A stretch of 64,000 bases of DNA, taken from assembly GCA_934646115.1 (NCBI GenBank), contig CAKUEM010000005.1:3514-67513 (forward strand). Direction: 5' to 3'. The translations under genes were made by a program, and so were the position numbers. Numbering within the stretch: position 1 is the first letter of the stretch; every line of letters starts with the position of its first letter. Shown here piece by piece: positions 29,802 to 38,107 of this stretch. The notes below the pieces were generated by a model. That model searched no databases. It worked only from the letters and a program-made list of their open reading frames with translations, and was not told where the DNA came from. The DNA is from an uncultured Oscillospiraceae bacterium. GTDB lineage: Bacteria > Bacillota > Clostridia > Oscillospirales > JAAYXM01.

Positions 29802-31523
29802 ATGAAACGATATATTCGCGTCTCTTTTATGATCACCTGCGCGCTGACGATCGCGCTGCTGCTCGGCGCGGCGTTTGCGCTGTTCCGACAGGAGCTGACG
29901 AGCACCGTGCGCGCCGATCTGCGCGGTATGGCGGCGGCGATCCAAACCTCTGAGATGCCGGAACACATAGAGCCGCAAGCGTTTGCGCAAAAGCTTAGCA
30001 CCAGTGAAAACGACCTGCGCGTAACGATTTTAACGCACGACGGCATTGTTGTCGGCGACAGCGCCGGTCGCGCAAACGACATGGAAAACCACAGCGCGCG
30101 CCCGGAAATTCAGGCGGCGATCGCGGGGGAAGTCGGCGAGGACATGCGAAAAAGCGAGACCACGGGCGTGACCTCGCTGTATGTTGCGCTCCCGCTCAAC
30201 GCGCAGTATCTGCTGCGTCTTTCGCTGCCGGTCTCCGCGACCTATGCGTTTCTGCACACGATGGCCCCGGTCACGCTGCTGGTTTGCATGATGCTTTTGA
30301 TTTTCGCCTATGTATTTGCGGAGTTTTTTGCAAAGCGGCTGATGCTGCCGTTTCAGCGCATCAGCTTGATGCTGGGGCGGCTTGCGCGCGGCAAGTATCA
30401 AAACGAGCCGATCACGCCGGATTTCCCCGAGCTTGCGCAGCCGCTGGACGATATCCGAACGCTTGCCGGAAAATTGCAGCAGAGCGTTGCGGAGATCCGC
30501 GAGAGCAAGGCGCAGCTGGATCATTTGCTGCAGGCGGCGACCGACGGGATTCTGCTCCTTTCGGAGCGCGGCGGCATTCTCTCGATCAACAGCGCGGCGC
30601 AAACGATTTTGGCCGCGCCGCCAGACGCCGCAACGTTTCGCGGGCTGTGCCGCTTCCCCGAGCTGACACACGCTGTGCAGACCACGCTTTCTGATGGGCT
30701 GCCGCGCGTTTACGAGCTGGATCAAACGGATACGCGCGGAAAATATTATCGCGTGTTCATCAACCCCGCGAAGGATGAGCACGGCGTGCTGGGCGCGATT
30801 CTGTTTTTATCCGATATCACGGAGATCATCCGCCTTGAGCGCATGCGCAGCGAGTTTTTCGCCAACGCATCGCACGAGCTGAAAAGTCCGCTCACCTCGA
30901 TCAAGGGCTTTTCCGAGCTGCTTGCGGCAGGGCTTGTGGACGATCCGGCGCAATGCCGCGATTATGCGGGGCGCATCGTGCGCGAGAGCGAGCGTCTGCT
31001 CAGCCTGATCAACGATCTTCTGCATCTTTCCGAGCTGGAAAGCGTGCGCGCAAATCCGCTGCACTTTGAAAAGCTTGATCTGCGCGCGCTCACCGGCGAG
31101 GTGTTTCGCCAGCTGGAAGAACGCGCCGCCGCGCGCGATATTTCACTCTCCATCGCGGGCGACGCGTGCGTTATGGCGGAACGGCAGCCGATCTTCGAGC
31201 TGATTTATAATTTAGTGGACAATGCGATCAAATATGGCAAGGAACACGGAAGCTGCCACGTCACGCTTTCGGAGGACGCGGCGGGCAGCACGCTGCGTGT
31301 GCGCGACGACGGCATTGGCATCGCGCCGGAGCATCAGCCGCGCGTTTTTGAGCGTTTTTATAAGGCAGACCGCGCGCACAGCCGCGCAAACGGCAGCACC
31401 GGGCTTGGGCTTGCTATCGTGAAGCACACCGCGCTGCGCTACGGCGGAACGGTTTCCGTCCGCAGCGAGCCGGGGCAATTTACCGAGCTGTGCGTGCAGT
31501 TTCCAAGCCAGGCGCATTCCTAG
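29802..31523 (+). CDS. phoR: PhoR-like sensor histidine kinase
   Basis: Two TM segments, a PAS-like region, H-box FFANASHELKSPLTSIKGFSELL, and an HATPase domain (DNAIKYG, RDDGIGI, GLGLAIVKH). Confidence 0.8.
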   Translation: MKRYIRVSFMITCALTIALLLGAAFALFRQELTSTVRADLRGMAAAIQTSEMPEHIEPQAFAQKLSTSENDLRVTILTHDGIVVGDSAGRANDMENHSARPEIQAAIAGEVGEDMRKSETTGVTSLYVALPLNAQYLLRLSLPVSATYAFLHTMAPVTLLVCMMLLIFAYVFAEFFAKRLMLPFQRISLMLGRLARGKYQNEPITPDFPELAQPLDDIRTLAGKLQQSVAEIRESKAQLDHLLQAATDGILLLSERGGILSINSAAQTILAAPPDAATFRGLCRFPELTHAVQTTLSDGLPRVYELDQTDTRGKYYRVFINPAKDEHGVLGAILFLSDITEIIRLERMRSEFFANASHELKSPLTSIKGFSELLAAGLVDDPAQCRDYAGRIVRESERLLSLINDLLHLSELESVRANPLHFEKLDLRALTGEVFRQLEERAAARDISLSIAGDACVMAERQPIFELIYNLVDNAIKYGKEHGSCHVTLSEDAAGSTLRVRDDGIGIAPEHQPRVFERFYKADRAHSRANGSTGLGLAIVKHTALRYGGTVSVRSEPGQFTELCVQFPSQAHS

Positions 31524-32382
31524 CATCTAAATATTCTAAAAACCGCGTGACCGCAAGGGGCGCGGTTTTTTTGTCGCGCAGGGCAATCCCGATATTGCGC
31601 CAGGCGGGCACATCGAGCGGGCGCGCCGCGATGCGATACGGCGCGCGCCGCAGGATCAGCTCGGGCAAAATACTTACGCCCAGCCCGTTTTCCACCATCG
31701 ACATGATCGCATAATCATCAAACGTGGTAAACCGCACGCGCGGCTTTAAGCCGCAGCGCGCAAACAGCTCGGAAACCTCGGTGGTCTCGCCCTTTTCGAG
31801 CAGCAGGAACGGTGCGTCGCACAGGGCACGCGGCGCGATGCGCTCGCATGCGGCAAGCGGGTGCCGCTCCGGAACGACCGCCATCAGCCGATCCTGCTCT
31901 AAAAAAAGCGTTTGCAGCTCGGGCGCGGCGGGCAGACGCAAAAAGCCGCAGTCCACGCGCCCCTCCATGATCCACGCCTCGATTTCCGAATAATCGCCCA
32001 GCAGCAGCTCATATTCGATATTCGGATAATCCTTTTGAAACGCGCAAATGATATGCGGCAGCCAATGCGTCGCCACGCTGGAAAATGTTCCGATCCGGAT
32101 CAGCCCGGCGCGCAGCCCGTTCCATTCACTCACCTGCCCGCGCAGCGTTTCATACGCAGAAACCACCTGCCGGATATACGGCAGCAGCTGCTGCCCGGCA
32201 GACGTGAGCTGCACGCCGCCGCGCCCGCGCTGCAGCAGCGCAATGCCCCACGCCGTCTCCAAATCGCCGATCATGCGGCTCACGCCGGACTGTGAGTATT
32301 GCAGCAGCTCCGCCGCATGCGTAAAGCTCCCGGTCTCCACCGTTTTGATCAGCGCCATGTATTTTTGCAGATTTTTGTCCAT
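31480..32382 (-). CDS. LysR-family transcriptional regulator
   Basis: MDKNLQKYMALIKTVETGSFTHAAELLQYSQSGVSRMIGDLE.. The 3' end overlaps the phoR 3' end by 44 nt (convergent). Confidence 0.85.
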   Translation of the reverse strand: MDKNLQKYMALIKTVETGSFTHAAELLQYSQSGVSRMIGDLETAWGIALLQRGRGGVQLTSAGQQLLPYIRQVVSAYETLRGQVSEWNGLRAGLIRIGTFSSVATHWLPHIICAFQKDYPNIEYELLLGDYSEIEAWIMEGRVDCGFLRLPAAPELQTLFLEQDRLMAVVPERHPLAACERIAPRALCDAPFLLLEKGETTEVSELFARCGLKPRVRFTTFDDYAIMSMVENGLGVSILPELILRRAPYRIAARPLDVPAWRNIGIALRDKKTAPLAVTRFLEYLDARNAPGLETARTAR

Positions 32383-32495
32383 CCCGCGCCCCTCCCATGC
32401 AATTTTGTCATGCATATCATGATTAAAATCCGTTTTTCAAATTCTTGCTTTTATGATACACTGAATTTCAGAAAAAATCAACGGGAGTGGACACA

Positions 32496-33035
32496 ATGAT
32501 TTATGTGAGCGAAGTACTAAAAACGCCGCCCGAGACCTGCAAAACCGCGCTTCAGGCGGCGGTATATCAGGCGCTGGCGACGCTTGAGATGCCCTATGAG
32601 CGCGTGGAGACCGACGAGATCATCACGATGGAGGACTGCGCCGCAGTGGAAGCGCGGCTTTCCATGCGCATGGTGAAAACGCTGTTTCTCTGCAACCGAC
32701 AGCAGAGCGAGTTTTATCTGTTCGTCACGCGCGGCGACAAGCCGTTTCGCGCTAAGGATTTCAGCGCGGCGCTCCACACGGCGCGCCCCTCTTTCGCGCC
32801 CGCCGAGCGCATGGAGCAGCTGCTCGGAACAACGATCGGCGCGGCAACGATCTTCAGCATGCTGCTGCCCTCCGCAAGCGCGGTGCGCCCGGTGCTGGAC
32901 CGCGACGTTCTGCGCGACCCCTATTATGGATGCAGCGACGGCACAACGACCGGATATCTCAAGCTGCGCACTGATGACATCTGCGCGCGGCTTCTGCCGT
33001 ATGCCGGGAAAACGCCCGCGATCATCGAGGTGTAG
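32496..33035 (+). CDS. YbaK/ProX-type aminoacyl-tRNA editing domain protein
   Basis: ..MVKTLFLCNRQQSEFYLFVTRGDKPFRAKDFS..LGTTIGAATIFSML.. resembles the prolyl-tRNA-synthetase-associated trans-editing domain. Confidence 0.6.
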   Translation: MIYVSEVLKTPPETCKTALQAAVYQALATLEMPYERVETDEIITMEDCAAVEARLSMRMVKTLFLCNRQQSEFYLFVTRGDKPFRAKDFSAALHTARPSFAPAERMEQLLGTTIGAATIFSMLLPSASAVRPVLDRDVLRDPYYGCSDGTTTGYLKLRTDDICARLLPYAGKTPAIIEV

Positions 33036-33039
33036 CGCT

Positions 33040-33849
33040 ATGGGGATCTATCAAAACCGCATTGTGGTGAAGGTCGGCACGTCTACGCTGACCTATGAAA
33101 ACGGAACGAGCGATCTGCGCACGATGGACCATCTGGCGCGCGTGCTGGCAGACGTGCAGAACTTAGGCTATGAGGTCATTTTGGTCTCGTCCGGCGCTAT
33201 TGCGGTCGGCGCGGCGAAGCTCGGCATGAAGCAGCGCCCCACGGCGCTGAAAATGAAGCAGGCTGCCGCCGCGGTCGGGCAATGCAGCATGATGTTTTTG
33301 TATGACAAGCTGTTCGGCGATTATGATAAAACGATCGCGCAGATCCTGCTCAACGCGGAGGATATCGAGCATGAGGAAAAGCGCGAAAATTTGATCAATA
33401 CCTTTGACGCGCTGCTCGGCATGGGCGTGATCCCGGTCGTGAATGAGAACGACTCGGTCAGCTATACGGAAATCGAGTCCGCCGAGCGGCTGTTTGGCGA
33501 TAACGACATGCTTTCCGCGATCGTGGCGGTGCTTTGCCGCGCGCGGTATTTGATCATTTTATCAGACATTGACGGGCTGTATGACCGCGACCCGCGCCTC
33601 AGTCCCGCCGCCAGTCTGATCGCGCAGATCGATCGCATCGACGAGCAGGTCTTTGCGCTGGCTGGCGGCGCCGGCTCGCGCCGCGGCACGGGCGGCATGA
33701 AAACAAAGCTGCAGGCGGCGCAGCTCGCCACCGCAAACGGCGCAGACGTGGTGATTACAAACGGAAAGCGCCCGGAGGCGATCGATGCCTTCCTGCGCGG
33801 CGAGGCGGTCGGCACGCGCTTTTCGGCGCTTGACAAGCGCGCACGATAA
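33040..33849 (+). CDS. proB: Glutamate 5-kinase (short form, no PUA domain)
   Basis: RIVVKVGTSTLT.., ILVSSGAIAVG, PVVNENDSV, FGDNDMLSA, GTGGMKTKLQAA. 269 aa. Confidence 0.9.
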   Translation: MGIYQNRIVVKVGTSTLTYENGTSDLRTMDHLARVLADVQNLGYEVILVSSGAIAVGAAKLGMKQRPTALKMKQAAAAVGQCSMMFLYDKLFGDYDKTIAQILLNAEDIEHEEKRENLINTFDALLGMGVIPVVNENDSVSYTEIESAERLFGDNDMLSAIVAVLCRARYLIILSDIDGLYDRDPRLSPAASLIAQIDRIDEQVFALAGGAGSRRGTGGMKTKLQAAQLATANGADVVITNGKRPEAIDAFLRGEAVGTRFSALDKRAR

Positions 33850-33858
33850 GCCTATCAT

Positions 33859-33886
33859 AAAATTGCGGGTGCTCCCGCAATTTTAA
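33859..33886 (+). terminator. Rho-independent terminator after proB
   Basis: ttgcggg-tgct-cccgcaa followed by TTTT. Confidence 0.7.
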
Positions 33887-33903
33887 AAAAGCAGGGATTT
33901 TTT

Positions 33904-34764
33904 ATGTGGCTTTTATTTGCCGTCTTATCGGCGCTTTTTGCCGGGCTGTGCGCCATTCTGGCGAAATGCGGAATCCGCCGCACAGACACAACGGTTGCGA
34001 CCGCGATCCGGACGATCGTGGTGCTGATCCTTTCCTTTTTTATGGTCCTTCTTGTCGGCTCGCTCGGCGATATCACAAGCATTTCGCAAAGGACCTGGTT
34101 TTTCCTTGTGCTGTCCGGAATTTTGACCGGCGCGTCCTGGCTGTGCTATTTTCGCGCGCTGCAGATCGGCGATATCAATAAGGTCGTGCCGATCGATAAA
34201 TCCAGCACGGTGCTTACGATCCTGCTCGCGGCGCTGTTGCTCGGCGAGCCGCTCGGCTGGCTGCAAGCGCTTGCAATTTTCGCGATCGGCGGCGGAACGC
34301 TTCTGATGATCGAGCGAAAGCAGGCGAAGACAGGCGAGCGTCGCCCCGCTTGGCTGCTTTATGCCGTGCTATCCGCCGTTTTCGCGGCATTATGCGCCAT
34401 TACGGCGAAAATCGGCATCACCGATGTGGAATCAAACCTCGGCACCATGATCCGCACTGCGGTCGTCCTCGTCATGGCGTGGATGATGGTATTTGTGACC
34501 GGGAAGGGCGCTAAGCTGCGCGAAATGCCGCGCCGCGAGCTGGGCTTTATCGTGCTGTCCGGGATCGCGACCGGCGCGTCCTGGCTATGCTATTATCGCG
34601 CGCTGCAAACCGGGCCGGCCAGCGTGGTCGTGCCGATCGATAAGCTGAGCATTCTGGTCACGATTGCGTTTTCGTATCTCGTGTTTGGCGAGCGGCTTTC
34701 GCGCCGCCCCGCGTGCGGGCTGATCCTCATCGTTTGCGGCACGCTTTTACTGCTTATTAAATAA
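33904..34764 (+). CDS. EamA/DMT-family transporter
   Basis: 286 aa, 10 TM segments. The two halves are internally duplicated (..ASWLCYFRALQIGDINKVVPIDK.. and ..ASWLCYYRALQTGPASVVVPIDK..). Confidence 0.85.
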   Translation: MWLLFAVLSALFAGLCAILAKCGIRRTDTTVATAIRTIVVLILSFFMVLLVGSLGDITSISQRTWFFLVLSGILTGASWLCYFRALQIGDINKVVPIDKSSTVLTILLAALLLGEPLGWLQALAIFAIGGGTLLMIERKQAKTGERRPAWLLYAVLSAVFAALCAITAKIGITDVESNLGTMIRTAVVLVMAWMMVFVTGKGAKLREMPRRELGFIVLSGIATGASWLCYYRALQTGPASVVVPIDKLSILVTIAFSYLVFGERLSRRPACGLILIVCGTLLLLIK

Positions 34765-34793
34765 AAAAGGGTTGGAATATTCCAACCCTTTTT
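34764..34793. terminator. Bidirectional terminator (perfect palindrome gggttggaat/attccaaccc)
   Basis: Flanked by an A-run and a T-run. It lies between the EamA gene (+) and the PP2C gene (-). Confidence 0.85.
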
Positions 34794-34795
34794 AT

Positions 34796-35968
34796 TTAAT
34801 AATATTCTACCTGCACGCGCTTGCCCAGCAGCCGAAGCGCGCGCGCCATGTCATCCACCATGCGCAGCTTAATGCCATAATCCAGCGGCAGATCCGGGTT
34901 TTGATGCGCCGGATTCATTGCCCGACCCACCATCAGGCGGATCGACGTCGCCTGTTCAAGCAAAATCCGCGCAATGCGGCTCGCCCCGTCCTCGCCCTCG
35001 ATTTTGCAGGGCGCATAGCGCGGGCGATCGTCCTCCAGCGCGGCACGCACCAGCTCAAGCGCGCGCCCGAAGGTCAAAACTCCCTCCGTGACCAGGTCGA
35101 TCCCGTCGATATGCGCGCAGGGCGGCACTTTAGGATTTCGATATTTCAGATCGACCGTCATTTTTCGCCCGGTCACGCGGCTGACGATCTGCGAAGTGGT
35201 TCCGCCGCAAATGATATGCAGCCCCTCGCCGCGCAGAAAATCATCGACCATGCGCGCGTCGTCCTCCGGCTTGACCGGCGGACCGATCATCAGGCTGACC
35301 GGAAGCGCATGCCGCAGCTTCACGCAAACGACGGTAGTGTCATCGCCCGGGCGCTGCATATACAAATCATCGCACGCGCCGAGCAGCAGCTCGGTCACCT
35401 CGCCGCAGGTCATCCCGGTTTGGACGCGCTGCTCTAAAAAATCGCGGATATTATCCCACTGCCAGCCCAGATTGAGCGTATGCCCGATTCCGGCGTGGAT
35501 CGCGCCGTCGCTCATCAAAACAAGAATATCGCCGATCTGCCCGGCAATGTGCGATTCCGTCATCGCCTTGCCCGCAATGTCCACCGCGCGCGCCTCCGGC
35601 GCATGGTATTTCCCGCCGCGCAGCAGCACCGCAGGCGGATTGTCAAACTCCACCAGCTTCATGGTCCCGTCGTTCCAAGCCTGCAGGATCGTGAAAGTAG
35701 AATAGGCGATGTTTCGCTCCTTGCAGACCGGAAGCGTGGCCGCCACGGTGCTGACCGCATCAGAAAGCTCCATGCCCTGCGTCAGCATCGTTGCAAGCAT
35801 TTTCGAGGTCATTGCCGCCAAAATATTTGCTTTCACGCCGCTGCCCAAGCCATCGGCGAGCACAACGATCACGCTGTCCTCCAGGCGCACGATCTCAACC
35901 TTATCGCCGCAAAGCTCCTCGCCGGTTTTGATCAGGCTCTCCGTGCAGACGTCGACAAACACGCTCAT
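34796..35968 (-). CDS. PP2C/SpoIIE-family protein phosphatase with an extra C-terminal domain
   Basis: ..CGDKVEIVRLEDSVIVVLADGLGSGVKANILA..LVLMSDGAIHAG..GDDTTVVCVKL. An unassigned domain of about 150 aa follows. The start overlaps the hydS-like stop by 4 nt. Confidence 0.8.
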   Translation of the reverse strand: MSVFVDVCTESLIKTGEELCGDKVEIVRLEDSVIVVLADGLGSGVKANILAAMTSKMLATMLTQGMELSDAVSTVAATLPVCKERNIAYSTFTILQAWNDGTMKLVEFDNPPAVLLRGGKYHAPEARAVDIAGKAMTESHIAGQIGDILVLMSDGAIHAGIGHTLNLGWQWDNIRDFLEQRVQTGMTCGEVTELLLGACDDLYMQRPGDDTTVVCVKLRHALPVSLMIGPPVKPEDDARMVDDFLRGEGLHIICGGTTSQIVSRVTGRKMTVDLKYRNPKVPPCAHIDGIDLVTEGVLTFGRALELVRAALEDDRPRYAPCKIEGEDGASRIARILLEQATSIRLMVGRAMNPAHQNPDLPLDYGIKLRMVDDMARALRLLGKRVQVEYY

Positions 35969-37668
35969 TGCCGCTCCCCCGTTTCGTCCTGCATGGATTT
36001 TTGCAGCCGCCGCAGCGTCGCCTTCGTTTCCGCCGTAGTCTCGCCGAGAAGGCTTGCGATCTCCTGCGCGACCGACATCTGCTTATCAATAACGCGCTGC
36101 GCGGTTTCGATCGTATCATGCCGCAGGGTCATCAGCCGCTCGCGCTGCTCCTCCTCCGCCGACACGTCACGCAGCAGGATAAGCAGGCTTTTCTGCTCCG
36201 GAACAAGCAGCACGGTTTGATACACCGAAAGCCCATATTCTTCATACACAAACTTGCGATCGCGCACCGGCTCGCCCGTTGCAAGCACGCGCTCAAAATC
36301 ATCGCAGATCAGATACTCGAAAATATGGCTGCCGATCGCATCCGCGCGCGCGGCATGCAGCATGCGCTCTGCCGCGGCATTCATATCAGAAATTTTCAGC
36401 GTTTCATCCAGCACGAAGATGCCGTTTGGCGTTGCGTCTACGACCAGATTGGACAGGCTCTCCGCCCGCTCGCGCATGTAGGGCAGGCACATATGCAATT
36501 CCGCCTTGCCGAGATACACCGCCTCTGCCTTTTGCTTGCAGGTGGGATAGCCGCAGGAGCCGCAATTTAATTCCTTATCCTCCGTGGGCTTGCCGATCTC
36601 GGTCAAAATCGCGCGCAGCTCCGCCTCGGTCGGGCGCGGCGTGCGTTTTTTCCGGTCGGTAAACGTGCGCGTCATGTCGGGCAGCGCATCCAGCGGCACG
36701 CTGCCGCCTGCGCATTCATAATAGCGGCGCATGCGTGCGTTTGTCTCCAGCCAGCCGCCGGGCGGCTGCATCATGCACGGGCCGTTGATACAGCCGCCGA
36801 CGCAGCTGTTTGCCTCGATAAAAAAGTGATGCAGCGAGCCGGATTGCAGCGCGCGCAGCACCTCGATCACGCGCGGCACGCCATCGATCGCAACGCACTG
36901 GTAATCGCCGCGCTGCTCCTGCGCGATCGTTTGCAGCACGCCGCCGGGCAGCGGGTACAGCCGAGCGCGCGCAAGCTCCTCATCGCCGAGCGCTGCCCCG
37001 GTCTCTTCAAACGAAACGCCCTCCTCCGCCATCCAATCTGCCAGCTCGGAAAATGTGAGCACCGCGTCGACCGAATGGTCAGAAAAATCCTCGCATTCCT
37101 CATGCTTAGACAGGCATGGCCCGATAAACACAACCTTGGTATGCGCGCCGAAGCGCTGCTTTAAGCTGCGCGCCGATGCGACCATGGGCGAAACGACCGG
37201 CGCAAGGCTTCCGATCAGCTCAGGGAAATATTTCTCCACAAGCAGGATAATCGTGGGACAGCAGGTGGAAATGATATTCTCCATCTGCCCCTCCTGCATC
37301 AGGCGCGCATACTCGCGCGAGACGAGCGCCGCGCCCTGCGCCGTCTCCTCGGCATGCAGAAAGCCCATGCGCTTCATCGCGGGCAAAAGCGCGCCCGCAT
37401 CCGGCACAGAGAGCGCCGCCGCATAGCTTGGCGCAATGGTCAGGCACACGCGCCGCCCCTCCGCCATCCAGCCGCGCACAAGCGCGAGGTCGGTTTTCAT
37501 GCTTTTCGCGTTTTGAGGGCAGACCGTCAGGCATGCGCCGCAGAGGATGCATTCCTCCTCAATGATCTGGCTCTGCTCATCCTTGACCGCGATCGATTTT
37601 ACCGGACAATTTCGCACGCATTTATAGCAATTTCGGCAATTCACCCGCTTAAACTGAATACTTTTCAC
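35965..37668 (-). CDS. Sensory-type (group C, HydS-like) [FeFe]-hydrogenase homologue with a C-terminal PAS domain
   Basis: N-terminal 2x[4Fe-4S] region (CRNCYKCVRNCP, CILCGACLTVCP). H-domain with variant cluster motifs STCCP, GPCLSKHEE and SCVGGCINGP. Extra Cys4 CGSCGYPTCKQK..C, then a PAS region. GTG at 37668 preferred (GGGAGGGG RBS); the track start at 37704 would sit inside the upstream terminator. Confidence 0.8.
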   Translation of the reverse strand: MKSIQFKRVNCRNCYKCVRNCPVKSIAVKDEQSQIIEEECILCGACLTVCPQNAKSMKTDLALVRGWMAEGRRVCLTIAPSYAAALSVPDAGALLPAMKRMGFLHAEETAQGAALVSREYARLMQEGQMENIISTCCPTIILLVEKYFPELIGSLAPVVSPMVASARSLKQRFGAHTKVVFIGPCLSKHEECEDFSDHSVDAVLTFSELADWMAEEGVSFEETGAALGDEELARARLYPLPGGVLQTIAQEQRGDYQCVAIDGVPRVIEVLRALQSGSLHHFFIEANSCVGGCINGPCMMQPPGGWLETNARMRRYYECAGGSVPLDALPDMTRTFTDRKKRTPRPTEAELRAILTEIGKPTEDKELNCGSCGYPTCKQKAEAVYLGKAELHMCLPYMRERAESLSNLVVDATPNGIFVLDETLKISDMNAAAERMLHAARADAIGSHIFEYLICDDFERVLATGEPVRDRKFVYEEYGLSVYQTVLLVPEQKSLLILLRDVSAEEEQRERLMTLRHDTIETAQRVIDKQMSVAQEIASLLGETTAETKATLRRLQKSMQDETGERQ

Positions 37669-37713
37669 AGAAATATCCCCTCCCGATCCTGCGCAAGCGC
37701 GCACGGTTTTTCG

Positions 37714-37764
37714 AAAAAAGGCGCATCGCCCTACAGCCGCAATGCCTTGCGACTGTAGGGCGAT
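37714..37764 (-). terminator. Rho-independent terminator/attenuator between the 2Fe-2S gene and the hydS-like gene
   Basis: 12-bp stem atcgccctacag/ctgtagggcgat. On the minus strand it is followed by gcgccTTTTTT. Confidence 0.7.
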
Positions 37765-37767
37765 CTG

Positions 37768-38034
37768 TTATTTTCCCGTAATTTCCTCCCGCACACGGGG
37801 CAGCACCTCATGCTCAAACCAGAAATCGGTCTCCTCCGGCTTGATCGAGAAATGTTCCTCCTCGCCGATGCGGACCGAAACATCGCCCCCGCAGCGCCCG
37901 AGACACAACACTGCCATAAGATTGAGCCGATCGGCGTATGGCGACGCGCCGATCAGGCTTTGCAGACGGTTGATGATTGCATATGAACCCTTGAGATGAC
38001 ATGCGCTTCCGACACAGACATAAAGATCGAGCAT
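37768..38034 (-). CDS. Small thioredoxin-like [2Fe-2S] ferredoxin
   Basis: MLDLYVCVGSACHLKGS...AVLCLGRCGGDVSV, the four Cys of NuoE-type 2Fe-2S proteins. The start could instead be the TTG at 38058. Confidence 0.7.
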   Translation of the reverse strand: MLDLYVCVGSACHLKGSYAIINRLQSLIGASPYADRLNLMAVLCLGRCGGDVSVRIGEEEHFSIKPEETDFWFEHEVLPRVREEITGK

Positions 38035-38107
38035 ACAAACACATCCGTTCCGCCGCAATGCGGCTATGAAATTTTTATAAAATGGCCAGAATCAACTGGT
38101 GCATGAT

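Noticed and set aside
34796-35968. Reading the SpoIIE-family phosphatase as the sporulation protein SpoIIE.
   Set aside because: It has no N-terminal multi-TM domain. Its gene is translationally coupled to the HydS-like gene, so it is a soluble PP2C-type signalling phosphatase.
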